From Klebsormidium nitens (lineage: Eukaryota > Plantae > Klebsormidiophyceae): a DNA stretch of 64,000 nucleotides. Under the pieces are notes generated by a model. It had not been told where the DNA came from. It searched no databases and worked only from the letters and a program-made list of their open reading frames with translations. A program made the translations under genes and the position numbers. Shown here piece after piece: positions 1 to 12,575 of this stretch (its first letter is position 1; each line of letters starts with the position of its first letter). The stretch lies in assembly GCA_000708835.1 (NCBI GenBank), contig DF237048.1, forward strand, positions 124,001-188,000, given 5' to 3'.

Positions 1-229
1 AGGAGTTGAGGATGCTGATGGCCTTGCTGCTGATCCCAGTGTCGGGGTGGACCTGCTTGAGCACCTTGTAGATGTAAATCTTGAAGGTCTCCACTCCCTT
101 CTTGGACTTCTTCTTGCCCTTGGCACCCTCCTTGGCCGGCTTCTTCTCAGCCTTGGCGGCAGGCTTCTTCTCAGCCTTAGGGGCCTTCTCGGCAGCGGGG
201 GCCTTCTCAGCGGCAGGCTTGGGAGCCAT
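1..229 (-). CDS. H2B: Histone H2B (3' end runs off the window)
   Basis: Minus strand from ATG at 229 reads [15 protein letters not shown]...[38 protein letters not shown], the canonical H2B alpha-1 region. No intron in the visible part. Confidence 0.98.
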   Translation of the reverse strand, partial: MAPKPAAEKAPAAEKAPKAEKKPAAKAEKKPAKEGAKGKKKSKKGVETFKIYIYKVLKQVHPDTGISSKAISILNS

Positions 230-921
230 GGTTGCAGGAGCTGATTGCAAAGGAGACTGTTGAGGTTGTTGGTACGATGTTGATTGCAGTTGCTGAGAAT
301 GGAGAGGATTGCTGTATTTATCTGTTCAACTCTGCTGCGCACTTCAAATTTTCGCTGAACTTCCGAAGATGTCTGTCTTGAGGCTTCAGTCAGTCCAGGA
401 AGCAGTCTTGGCCGCAGTCTACGACTGAGCTCAAGAGCTATCTCATCAACTATTGGCTGAAAAGTAGGGCCACGGATCGATCTTGGCTTCCCCTCGATGT
501 GTGCCGTTGGATAAGGTACACTTGTTATCGGACGCCGCTAGGCCGTTTTACCTTGGGTTCAAATTTGAATCTGCGGACTTGCCACGTGGCAGTGCTTCCC
601 AGTGGTTCTGGTGAAGCCGTTCGATTATAGCCTTTTGCTTATCGGACGCCGAAAATTCAACGACAAAAATCAGCTATCCATGCCCCTGTTTTTCAACGAA
701 TTACCGTCCAGAAAGGCCCTCCAGACCGTGCGCCAAATTCCCAGCCTTGCAATCACGACTCACGGTCACCTCGACTACGGTAGAGAGAACTTGGAACAGT
801 CCGAGAGAGCAGAAAGTCAGAGCGGTACAAAGCAACGCCCCTTGCGCCACTTCCCATGCAAAGTCTCTCGCAATCACACAGCAATCCAACTTCCAGTTCC
901 CTTCGCCACCAATTCGCCACC
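230..921. promoter_or_regulatory. Bidirectional H2B/H2A promoter
   Basis: Lies between divergent histone ATGs. Contains a nonamer-like TATCCAACG on the minus strand (~506-514), direct repeat TTATCGGACGCCG (525-537 and 639-651), palindrome TTCAAATTTGAA (558-569), G-box palindrome TGCCACGTGGCA (580-591) and an Oct-like CACGGATC (~471). Confidence 0.7.
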
Positions 922-1299
922 ATGTCAGGACGCGGCAAGGCCTCCGGCAAGAAGTCTGTGAGCCGCAGCGCAAAGGCTGGGCTCCAGTTCCCCGTGGGGA
1001 GAATCGCCAGGTATCTCAAGGCTGGCAAGTATGCCACCCGTGTGGGTGCCGGCGCTCCTGTTTACCTCGCCGCCGTGCTTGAATACCTCGCGGCTGAGGT
1101 TCTGGAGCTGGCAGGCAACGCCTCCAGGGACAACAAGAAGACCAGGATCGTCCCCAGGCACATCCAGCTCGCGGTCAGGAACGACGAGGAGCTGAGCAAG
1201 CTGCTGGGCAACGTCACCATCGCCGCAGGAGGTGTCCTCCCCAACATCCACTCTGTGCTGCTCCCCAAGAAGAACGTCAAGGGTGGGGCTGCCGAGTAA
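922..1299 (+). CDS. H2A: Histone H2A, canonical, intronless, 125 aa
   Basis: MSGRGK...[20 protein letters not shown]...[19 protein letters not shown]...[14 protein letters not shown]...GGVLPNIH. Met placed at 922 by homology. Confidence 0.99.
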   Translation: MSGRGKASGKKSVSRSAKAGLQFPVGRIARYLKAGKYATRVGAGAPVYLAAVLEYLAAEVLELAGNASRDNKKTRIVPRHIQLAVRNDEELSKLLGNVTIAAGGVLPNIHSVLLPKKNVKGGAAE

Positions 1300-1342
1300 A
1301 TGCGCACCAAGCGCAAGGCCTAGTGCCGAACACAACCAAACT

Positions 1343-1362
1343 GGTGTTTTCTAACACCACCC
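1343..1362 (+). promoter_or_regulatory. Replication-dependent histone mRNA 3' stem-loop
   Basis: GGTGTT-TTCT-AACACC (6-bp stem, 4-nt loop, 1343-1358), preceded by ACAACCAAACT and followed by ACCCC, about 45 nt after the H2A stop. Confidence 0.85.
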
Positions 1363-4300
1363 CTGTTTCAGAGATTGATCAGCTTTGCGGTCTGGTGCGG
1401 ATTGTTTGTTGCTAGGATCCAGTCTACTTTGGACAGAACCTGTGCAGTGCTTACTTGTCTTGATATGAAGCCTCCAGGGATTCTACAAGCACAAACAAAG
1501 TACTGATTCTGTGAACAAGCACTTGATCCTCTCTGCTTGTCTTTCTGACAATCTACTTGAAACCAGATGTAGAGACCAGTCAGGATCTGTACGCAAGTAA
1601 GCTTCTGTAGTTTCACAGGTAGTCTATTAAAGCTCTAGTCAGCCAAGTCTCTGCAGAGGCGTCGGAGTACAAAAATACATACAGTGACGGATAGAGCGCT
1701 TGTTCCTGGGAGGTGTATATGGTGTTTGATATTTGACTCTGAAAACCAATGGGTACTTGAGATTCTGCAGCTTGCGGCTTCACAGAGCTCCATATGTGTT
1801 TGAATCTCAATCACTGTAAAACGTATCATGTTGTTTGAGCAGCAAGCACCAAGCCTGTTAGCATGTTATGTGTGTGAATCAGCTTGCATCCACTCCTGCA
1901 CAACTAACCACTTTTATCACCATGGCCTGGAGATGCAATCAATTGCAATAGACTGCAGTGCTCCATTGGTACATGCCATGCTGCATACTTACGGTAGTCT
2001 TGACAAGGTGGGCATGAAACATGAGCAAGTAGCCCACTCTTTTGGACATTTTGCATGTCCCATGTCTGTGAGGATGACCCAGGAAGATATGTGCAGTGCT
2101 TAAAATGGAGTGGCCGCTACAGTGACTGCGCTGCACGTTCAATGACACACTGATCAAAGAACGCATGCTTTCTTTCCAGCAGAATATGGGCGACTGGAAG
2201 ATTTAGTACGCCCCTGTTGAACTCGAAACTGCAATTGTCATGCAGAAACAGAGTACATAGTCATATATTGCATACTTCTTGAGGACCTCACAGGAGAAAG
2301 TGAGAGTGATTGTGGGTGCCGGGCGAATGGGTACTTAGTATACCGATCGGATACAACCGGCCATGCTCAGCGCAGCGGCACGTCTGACTCACGGCCCTGT
2401 CGAGCTGATTAATATTAATATACATTCATACATGAGCACTCTCCCAACGTATTGCCTCCCTTTACAATCTACAGTCGATCTTACCTACAAATCCCCTTCG
2501 AATATACATCTTCTCGGCGGCCGTACCCTCGATCAGACCAGTACAGTCTCGGTGTCAGCCTTTATACAAGGTTAGACATCGCAGCATGCAACCAAAAAGA
2601 GCATCAATGTATGTAATCTTGACGTCAACCTAAATGTTTGAGCAGACATGCTGCAGTAGCGCCCACGTATGTATATCGAAAGGCCTGGGACAATCTCTGA
2701 ACCCGGTTGCTTGCCAGCCATGCAACGACGTACTTAATCACGACGTACTGAATCAATGCGACCAGGGTACTCAACAGACTCAAGGATCAGCTTTAATTGT
2801 GGAGTTTATTATACGGGCCTCTGCAGCTTGACTTTTGCTCACGTCAGAAAGAGTCGGCGAGCCGAGCAATCTGCGAATCGAGCAGGTGTTTATAATCTGC
2901 TCGACCGGAAGGAAGAAACAGATTCCAAGCTAGCAGCGAATTATTGGGCTACTGTAAAGCATGTGCGTTTGCAGAAGGAGTCTGGCCATATCTAGCTAAT
3001 CGAGTGTACTTCGCAGTACTCGCAGTGCACTTTGCCAGGATCTAGTCTCAAGCTAGCTCTGCCTAGGAAACCTTCCATTCGACTCCACCATAATGGCGTA
3101 AAAACCTGCCTGCCACGAGGCTATCGAGTCCCCAGATTATTAGCATTTGCAGTTGATTGATCGGACACGAGGGCTTCATGGCATCTGAAGAACGTTCTCA
3201 GTGTTCTATGAACCGTCACTGCTTTCATCCTTGTCGACGTGCAGGCATTTCGCTATAGCCCCACCTCCACGCGATCAGTGACTGGCTTGGTTTCTTCCAT
3301 AAGGATCTGCATAGAGAAAGTGGAAAGGGTTTCTGTATCCAACAGCTGTCAGATCAGGCTGAATTCGAGAGAGGGGCGAATAAATTGTTTTAAAGAAGTA
3401 CCACGATGGAGAATATGATAACTGACATTCAAGAGCGCCGCCGTTCGACACCGCAGCACGAAAGCCGACCTAAACTGTTAGCAGTTAGATTGGACTCCGA
3501 TGCCGGGAACCCTTCTGTGCAAATTTCCTCCCGCTTGTGGCGGAAGGATTATGACCTTGACGGAGAGGCCTGCAACATTTAAGGGTCCAGCTTCTTTCGT
3601 CCCTTTTACTCAACTCGTGGGCAAAGTCAATCTTTGTCAGCCGGATCGGCTAATGGTGATCCAAACACAGTCGTGCCATACGTCGAGATAGCCGCTGGTG
3701 ACATTTGACAACTTTATCTCTCAACCGTGATAAGAAGACGACCAGTATCAGAGCGTCGAAGAGTGTAAGGGACGTGGCACGTTGGATGTTTTTGATAGGA
3801 CCGCACGTTGAACGACAATCCTTCATACTGACGATCCGTTGAACGGCAGACGGCAAACGACCAACGCCACTATCCTGGGCTCGACCGCTTTTTTCCCCTT
3901 TTTTGACAGCTCTTCAGGGGCGGTCCGTTGAAAGAAAGGCAGCGAGTCCTCTCTAGCGGATATCCCTAGCTAGTTTACGTTCCATCCGAATACTCCACCG
4001 TTTTTGGATCAATCCACGTGGGTGTACGCAATACGTGAAGACGAGCTTTTTTATTGCTGCTCGTCTGCACTTCTCCTCGATCGAGAGCGGCGGCTGACCC
4101 ACGTGGCTCAATCGCGGCCAAAACCTGATAAGAATCGACTCGGACACCAACTGCACGCAAAACGAAGCGTAGCGGCAGGCGGTGGCCTTTAACATCTGCA
4201 AAACCTGGGGAAAGTATGGTGACCCGATCGTCGGGCGCGGACGGGGTTGCCAAGACTCGTGCCAACGTCGCTGACTTCGGAAAGGGGCAGCGCGGCGGAG

Positions 4301-4957
4301 TGATGCAGCCAGCGCTCCAGACGGCGGCGTGACGGAAAAACTGATCGACAACCAGAGTGAACGTGAAGGCTGTTGATTGCTGGAGAAGTAAAACTAGATT
4401 GCGTTCAGAGGGGTTTACAGTTCACGAACACAAAAGGAAGGAAGGGAAAAGACAGGACGGAGGAGCGGGTTGACGGTTGCTAACGTCAAACCGACCGTTG
4501 AACTTCTGGATGCACGAGTCGTGTGCTTAGCTTTTTGCCCGGCGTTCGACTTTTTCAAAACGTTGTCGAAGGTCAGACGATGCGCGCTTTAGAGTCTGAG
4601 GACCAAAACCAGACTGGGGAGGAGGGACCGCGGCTTCCTTCAAGAGAAAGAATGAAATACTCAGAGAACAAGAGGACCTATCAGGACACCATTGGAAGAT
4701 AGAAATCGATGCAGGCGGGAATAAGAAGCGGGCTCAGATGATCTCAGCCGGGCTCTGGCGTGCATTACACAAGCCACCGGAGGATCATCATAGCCAACAC
4801 AATCTGAACCTTTATAATGATTGCACTGCCGCTCGTTTGTCTTTGTTCTATGGCACAGGGATCCAATCACAATTTCAGACGATATGATGGCACTCTTTGC
4901 TGACTGTAGAAGCAATATATAGCTGCGAAGTCCAAGGAACTATCAACCGTTTCTTAC

Positions 4958-5003
4958 TCAGTGTTCTCAAAGCTTTCATTTCAGTGTTCTCAAAGCTTTC
5001 ATT
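4958..5003. repeat. Perfect 23-bp tandem duplication
   Basis: TCAGTGTTCTCAAAGCTTTCATT x2. Confidence 0.95.
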
Positions 5004-8000
5004 TAATCAGTCGACTTTGACTGCTTATACCGTCTCCGGCAAGAGACATGCTAGACTCAAAAATGGGGTCGGAAAGAGAGGGCAAAGGGGCTCTTTTCTT
5101 GGTTCGGGGAATGCTTGCAACCCAGTGTCACCTCTGGCCATGGTAACTTCCGACAGCCCCTTCGCTATGGACAGTTCTCGATTTTCGTGGCGGCCAGTCG
5201 TATCAAAGTGGAGGCTACGTACAGTTCAAAGATTCAAACTGAGAAAAAAGACAAACAGCGTGTACGTGCCGTCAGAGGGGCAAAGCTAAGCAAGAACTCA
5301 GAGCATGGCTCCGGAGCGCACGTCATCATCAGCGTTCAAGTATCAATCAAGCCTCTGCTATGTGACCCGCAACCGTCTATAGTAGAGCGGCCGGAGGAAA
5401 CCCCTGAAAGCAGATAAAACAATCACCCCGACTTCAAGTAATTTCTCGCACCTTGTTGCGGCATCCGTTGATTTGGAGCTGATGGCAATCATACGCATAG
5501 TGTAGACGGCTCCGACTGGACGATACTACCCGCTGTTGGCCTCGCTGACGTCCAAGGGGGTAATGATCATCACCGTAGCTATCAGAACAACATGACAGCT
5601 TCGAGACCTTAGAGACAAGTTGGTAATGTCTGAACGCTCGAATGAGAGCAAAGTCTGGAATTTTCAACCGGCACGCTTCGCCACCCCGTGCGCCCGTTTG
5701 CAACAGAGGAGCTAGCCGAGATGGCTGGGATAAAGCCGCCCGGCTCCACAGAAAGCTTTTTCGCCTCGGGCAGACTGCCCATCTAGACAGGACACTGATG
5801 AATCCGCTGCTTGAATTTGACAAGCTCAGAACCCGAAAGGTACATAATTTTGAGACGAGTGCAAGCCAATCATGCCGGAAATCAACCGGCCGGAAAACTC
5901 ACAAGAGAGGTCTGTGAGGCGGCTATTTGTTCCTTAGAAAATTCTCTCGTCGAGCGTTTGAATCGTACGCGTGTCATCATCGGCAGACAGCAGAGAGCAG
6001 AAACCATCCTCATTTGCTGCCTACTCTGACTTGCATACAATGAGTGGAGCTTTCTAGGTTTTGAAGAGCGTACATCAATCGCGTCGGCGGCACATCCATT
6101 AAAGAACAGAACACGATGAAGTGATGAAGCCGCAGTACCGAACGCGGCGGCTTTAGAGCGAGTTGTACTAGGCGCATGTGCCCGATCTCAGCAAACAATG
6201 ATCGTGGAAGAGCCGAAGAGCACACTTTGTGTACCCCACCACGCAAGCAACGTTTTCTGCTCCCATTTCCGAGCGGTATCCGTTTTGAGTAGGCCATGGC
6301 ATTCCGTCCATGCATTCCGTCCGAAAAAGGTGGGCTCTGAGTGTGGCCCTTGGAAAGAGTCTGAGTGGTTGAATTTCGCTCGCGGAAATGCGGTCACTTT
6401 GGTCGAACCGGTGAAGCTTGAGCCGCTCTGCCATTTGAGGGAGGGGCTCGACAGTTGCAACTGAGGAGAGGTTTGCGACCCCAGGGACTCCCTTCTTCAT
6501 TACCTTAAGAAACCGTTTCATAAGGAAAGACTGGAATCACGATTGGATATTCTGGATGCTAGGAGATCTATGTGTCGTCCAGCAATTGATTCTTGAGACA
6601 TATCGGAGTGTACACACGGAGCGGGCAGCAGGTCGCTGGATTGGAGGCGCTCCCGTTTGTCTTGATTGCGAAATGACCTATGCGGTTCAGACAGTTCCAA
6701 GCGCATACTCAGACGTAGCCAAGCGGATCCGTCGACGAGCATCGGGATATGTTGCAACATGTCTGAAAAACGATTGAAATTCTGCAAGAAGCCTGCGCTT
6801 ACAGACGTCACCTGGTGCTACACATAGCCTGGGTTCAATACATATTTGGAAGAGGTTGAAACAGTAAGGCTCCTTGGCAAGTCTCTACTTGGAGATTAGT
6901 GGGCTCAATCGTGACAGCCACAAATTGGGCCCGGTAGGCTGTCTGTAACCCGAGGCGCCGTCATTTCGGCACTTCGTTGATAGATGACTGCCCAACGCAA
7001 CAACGACCTTTGTCTCTTGCACGCTCAAGAGACGTTACCAGAGTTGAGAAAGTCGAGAGAAAGCTCCATACTCGACTGCTGCACACAACAACTGAGAGCA
7101 ATATGGCGTACCGGTGGTGGAAAGCCACCGGCCCCTCAAACACGAACATGCATACCGCACGGAGACCTGGCGAATAATACGCGCATGATGCGAGGGCTCT
7201 CACGAACCCCCAAGAAACCAGGCCGACGTATGAACCACATCATACGTGGTATTCAAAGGGATTATGCACGTGGCAGCTCAGAGCCGGTTCGGATTGGAGT
7301 GGGTCGTGTGCCCAGGAATTGGGAGCCGGCCTCATAACCACAGCTTTCCGAGGTCACACAATCTCATTATCAACGGTCAAGTACGCCAGAATCTGCAGAT
7401 CAAATCTGGCGCCGACGTTGAAAATTCCACACGGCTGTCAACTTCAACTGGTTACTCAAATCTCAATGGTGCACTGAGGCGGTCCGAAGACGGCATACTT
7501 TTATATATCTCCACCAAGCAAGAATGGAAGCTAGGACTGTGCCAAAGGAGAGCGATTGCGCTTGAGGCATCGACGCAAGCTTACCTGCCTCAGACTTGAC
7601 AGAAGGTAGTCGTGCTTAAGGACAGACCTGTTTTTAGGCGGCCACGGCTTGACAGGCTCTCCTAGATCATCAATGATTTGTAGCATCTCAAGACTCTGGA
7701 AAGAGTCGGAGTACCACGTTAGACAGCCCGTGGCTCAATGAGCCTCAGACCAAGGACTCTTGAACGGTGAGCAAATTCAGTAGTCCTGGCCGTACTGATC
7801 ATTGCCACGTGTCTAATCTTAATGTACGCTGATAACCGCTGGTGCCTTTGGCGACCGCGCCAGAGCACACAAGACGTCCTCGCTGGGTAAACCGGATGGG
7901 TTTTTAAAAGTCTTGACCCATAATGGTACAACAAAACTGGCCAAGGGATTAAGGAGACGATTGAGTACGGCTTCAAGAACCGGCAGGCGCACTCGTTAGG

Positions 8001-8188
8001 GATAAGCCGAACTTGAAGGGGCAAGCCGCTGTCGCTTTGACGTCTCAATGAATCGGTCGTCCTCCGGCCTTCACGCACAACTTGAGCCGGATCATCTGTG
8101 ACTTAGACGGGCCATCTCGGTCAGATTAAGACCATTGGGAGTGCTTGGATACCCAGTCTAGCAGCTATTCGTCATAGCCACGGCTGCC

Positions 8189-8218
8189 GTCTCGCCCCGG
8201 GTCTCGCCCCGGGTCTCG
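8189..8218. repeat. 12-bp tandem repeat x2.5
   Basis: GTCTCGCCCCGG x2 plus GTCTCG. Confidence 0.9.
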
Positions 8219-8518
8219 TTGCGGACCTAGCAAAACTCAGTGACGAAAGACGAGACCGCCCACTAGCCCCTGATCCTTAAGCCAAGAACAAATTGTGCTC
8301 TCTCCGCATCGACACTTTTCCCTTCTATTTGAAAGAGCTCCAGAGCTACGAGCACAGACAACAGTGAGTTTTGATTGATCCGGGTGGTCGGTTGCGCTGC
8401 ACCCGCCGTTTGTAAAAAGGCCTCGGAAAAGGAGGTACGATTGCAGCAGATCAACAGCACGCACGTATGATTTTCAAGCCTTTAAGTGAAGGGGTACGTA
8501 GTTGGTAAAGTCTCTTAG

Positions 8519-8548
8519 AGTCTCTTCTGGGACAGTCTCTTCTGGGAC
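8519..8548. repeat. Perfect 15-bp tandem duplication
   Basis: AGTCTCTTCTGGGAC x2. Confidence 0.9.
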
Positions 8549-11039
8549 TGTCTTGCTCATGATTCCAGATGTTCTGTTTTCAATCCAGGTCGATCTGGAT
8601 CCTGAACCTAAAGCTTGAAGAGTTTCCGAACTTGAGGTTGCTCTGTTGTTGGGCTGCACAGACGGGTACAACACTTTCGCCACTCTTACGGTACTCTGTG
8701 GGTCCATCCCTCTGGCGAATCGGCTTGATGAGGTGGCTTGGAAGAGCATCGAGGCACCTTTCCCCGCTGCGATCTCTCGCAACCGATCTCAGAGAGTGTT
8801 CCTCCTTGCCAACACATACATACTGGTAGTTGACAGAGCTACCAGACAAGGAGACGTGGTGAATGCGAAGTGAGCAAAAGCAGAGCAGTCGAACGAGATT
8901 TCGAGCGAGTGCCAGCTGCAATTGTGATTACACGAACCGACTGCGAGCGAATGTGCCGTACACATGCACAAAATGGATCTCTCTATTCTCAATCCGAGCT
9001 GAATCCGAGCTACTTTGCGTGATGTGAAACAATTTAACGTTGAAGCGCTGTGCTTGCTGAGGCGAAGGCTGGGCTGTCCAAATTTCTTGAGGCGAGTCAG
9101 TAATTCTCACTTGTTGTGTGACCGTGTTAATCAAAAATGAGTGATTCAAGATCAAAGCTGGCCGTCCAGCCCAGCTACGATGAACCAAAGCTGAAAGCCG
9201 CAAAAACGAAGAGCGCCCTTGTTGCTAGCGCCAGCACGGCGTGGCGCGTCCGAATCATTGTGTAACCGGAGTTTGTAAGTAGGCCAAGAGCACATTCGTA
9301 TCAAGCAAGCGACGTCGCTCGCGCCATGCAAAGTAGGAGCACAGAAATGGCCCATTACCATCTCATGTCCGACCGGACGCTCCGTCCTCGAACAACTTGA
9401 AGTGGGCGCCCGGATGACTACAAGGAAGCTAGCTGTTTGGTTGTGCAGCGATCGACGAAGTATGCAATGAGCGGTTTGCTTGAAAAGTTCAAAGCTTGAG
9501 CGGCTCTGACACAAGCAGGGAAAAATCGGTCGACGTCTTTGAGAAGCGGCCCGAACTCCCAACTCTCCCTTTTCATTGCCAAAAAATCAAAGTGCTTGCG
9601 TGGTCGACATCTTCCATGCTCTCCGGACCCTAGTAGTTTTCAAATATCCCAAGGAAAGCACTGCGAATCGTGTTTCAAGAAAGATCAAACGCATGCATGC
9701 GAGCAGAGCTGACGTAAGCAGAGTGCCGCCGTTCCCCAACTGTACCAGCTGGGTGCGTGCCGCACGGCTTGAACTGCGCTAAGGGCCTAGAAACGTACGC
9801 AGATGCGGTCAAGATAAGGGCAGACGAGCACCCGGCCGGGAGCCCTTGCACTAAGTTTCAGCATATCTTAATCTAGCAGAAACCACCTAGTAGACGTCCT
9901 GCATGCAGGCGCTCGACAAAGCTAGGCCGGGGTTCGATACACATATATATAGAAAAGACATCAACAACCGGCCCTGACTGTTTGCATATAAATCGTTTTC
10001 CTACGAGATTAGCGTTCGGCAACTCTTCCGCGTCTCTAAAAGCAAGGAGAGCTGATGGGCTTCACGAGAATTGATTTTAAGCTCACAATGCGTTCGCTAA
10101 TCGGCACCTTCCCTTGGATTCAATGACTATGAAGACTTCGTCATCAGCAATAAAGAGCAGCATGCATATATGTTGCAAGCCACTAAGCTACTTAGCGCCT
10201 CTTTCTTGCAAAGCAACACAAAAATAACACGCGAGCACAAAACAGTGTCGGCGACAAGATAATTCTAAACGCAGACAAGGCCGCAACATCGGGAACCAGG
10301 CGCTCCGCTACAAGGGCATCATCGAAAGCGTGCAGAGAGTCATGTGATGACGCTTGCGGACGTCAGCAGCGGATACTTTTTGGCATGCCATTTTCAACCT
10401 GTTTCCCGGCGTTCCGTCCGCTGCGCTTCCTTTGTTTCCGGCGCGCGGAATCGCGATTTATTGTTGAAAGTGGCGAAGCCGTAGGAATGGGTTTGAAACC
10501 GTCGCTGTACGACTTGGCCTTTCTCTAGAGGTTTCGCGCCGGTATCCGCGACTTCTAAACCCTTAAAAATCTGTCCCGCATACGCAGAGGAGAACTCCCA
10601 AGTCCGGACTTACATTTATTTAGTTTGCGAATCATTGTTTACGATTTATCGAGGCCGTCTGTGACGATTATCGACGGTTTGCGACAGTCGGCAATTCTCG
10701 GCGCTTCTGTCGTAGGCCGTCGATGAACTAGTTACAATCTTTTATAGACTCCGAACCCTCCGATATAAAATAAAGTTTGGTGTGAAGTATCGAGGGTTGA
10801 AAGTTATTTTAAGTACATCCAAACAACTTTTGACGGTTTATAATTGCTCTTACACAACAGTCGAAATGAGCCCCGACAAACCCCCAGATGGCATGCCTTA
10901 CGGAGCAGAAGGCTCCCGTTCTAGTTTGGGTTATAATCTAAACAATCGGGCCAACTACTGCAACAGGCAAAGCAGTCGCTTGAATCGCCAAAATGAAGTT
11001 CGTCGGCAGACCGAACGGCTCAGCTTGAAAAAAGAGGAT

Positions 11040-11720
11040 CTAAACAATGAAAGCATACAAATAATCTTAAAGTAATCGGCGATGTCATACGAGCGGTCCG
11101 CACGTAAAATCTGAAGTTCCGTACAAGGCTTCCACGTTATATTCAGCCGGATCACTGGCGACCAAAAGGGTCGCGTCTTGAGAAGATCGATCAAGGCCAT
11201 GGCTCTGGCGCAATGAAAGCGCGTCACGCACGCACAGGAGCCGTTGAAAGATTGATTCTGGATTTATCAATGAATATGGCTCAAGGTCTGGCATCATTGC
11301 ACCGAATCTATATTGCTGACTCCGCTCAAAAATCTCAGAACAAGTCGGAACCTTGGCCAATCTCTCCAAAGGACACGAATACCCTGCTCGGCTATCGAAT
11401 GTCTCAGATCGCTTGGAATAGGTAACTTCGACTGCGGTCAATGGGAAGGACGTAAGTATGTGTGGAAACAAATCCAAACTAATCCTACCAAAGGCAATCG
11501 TCAAGACAGTGCCGACGTTGGAGGAATAACTCACAGTGGATCAAATGCCTGGCGCTCAAAAACCTGCAGATGGGCCGAATATTGGCACATAGAAGAGAAT
11601 AGAACTACCTCGATTCTGGTTCGCTACGCTAACAGAGCTTCTTATGAGTGGCGTTCGACCTGCCAGTGGGGAGATTGTCATTCGGTGTCTGCTGATATCT
11701 ATCCAACCGGTGAATTTTAC
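11040..11720 (+). pseudogene. Decayed, apparently intronless TKL-like protein kinase
   Basis: Kinase-like subdomains in the correct order across frameshifts and stops: KHTNNLKVIG (IV), LDLSMNMAQGLASLHRIYIAD..KSQN (VIa/b), LGIGNFDCG (VII-like), SADVGG (IX-like), IELPRFWFATLTELLMSG-VRPASGEIVIRCL (XI). The span from IV to XI is ~200 codons. Confidence 0.45.
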
Positions 11721-12207
11721 TTCAGTCCCCCGAGCAGAAGTCCGTGGAAAGGACCAGCGCCCTTTTAAGCTCGGAACGGAAAGCCGGCTGCTTTACGAAG
11801 AATGTCACAATTGACTAGCAGCTGTAGGAATCGAGACTTACAAGTCGCCGCAAAGGAGGAAAGTATGAATGTATGCATGTGGCTCAGAGCGAAAGCCGAG
11901 TGGATCGTGGTCAAATCGCCCAGGAACTAGCAGCTTCTTAGCCACAGCTTATTCGGCATGGTCCCAACAACACCTTTCACTCATGCTCGGTACATTTCGT
12001 CCGCGTCGCAGATTATGTGAGTCGAGAAGCAGAAAGGGGGCCACAAGAAAAGACGTTGCGCGGCGTTCAAGCTGGAAATTTGCCACCTTTTTCTTGTCCG
12101 CAAAGCGACAACCAGAACAGCTCTTCGAGAGGCTTTCCAGATCTTTAGAGCAACCGAGACTTGAATCGAGCGCTACGCTAAACAGCCAGGGGCTCGAACG
12201 GGTGTAA

Positions 12208-12432
12208 NNNNNNNNNNNNNNNNNNNNNNNNNNNNNNNNNNNNNNNNNNNNNNNNNNNNNNNNNNNNNNNNNNNNNNNNNNNNNNNNNNNNNNNNNNNNN
12301 NNNNNNNNNNNNNNNNNNNNNNNNNNNNNNNNNNNNNNNNNNNNNNNNNNNNNNNNNNNNNNNNNNNNNNNNNNNNNNNNNNNNNNNNNNNNNNNNNNNN
12401 NNNNNNNNNNNNNNNNNNNNNNNNNNNNNNNN
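12208..12432. other. Assembly gap (225 N)
   Basis: Run of N. Confidence 1.
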
Positions 12433-12496
12433 GGGCTCACTTTTTACGCCACCCCTGGGCAACCTTTTTGCGCAGCCAGCCGCAAAACTTCGCGTT

Positions 12497-12575
12497 CTCG
12501 CTGGGAATCGAACCCAGTCCGGTCACCGCATTTTTGTTAGAAGTATTTGCGCACTGCCACTCGGGCCACACTGGC
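12497..12575 (-). mobile_element. tRNA-derived (SINE-like) head with Pol III A and B boxes
   Basis: Minus strand GCCAGTG-TGGCCCGAGTGG (A box) ... CTGGG-TTCGATT-CCCAG (intact T arm/B box). No acceptor-stem or anticodon-stem pairing, so not a functional tRNA. Confidence 0.65.

Noticed and set aside
602-1335. ORFs overlapping or antisense to H2A and its promoter
   Set aside because: Shadows of the GC3-rich histone CDS.
3780-4580. TIR transposon around the 132-aa ORF at 3953-4351
   Set aside because: The flanks share only short CCGTTGAA words and purine/pyrimidine tracts. No convincing TIR, TSD or transposase motif.
5434-5823. Kinase DFG-like RLKIPDFALIR on the minus strand
   Set aside because: An isolated motif with no other subdomains in register.
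12497-12575. Functional tRNA gene
   Set aside because: A box, B box and T arm are present, but the acceptor and anticodon stems do not pair.
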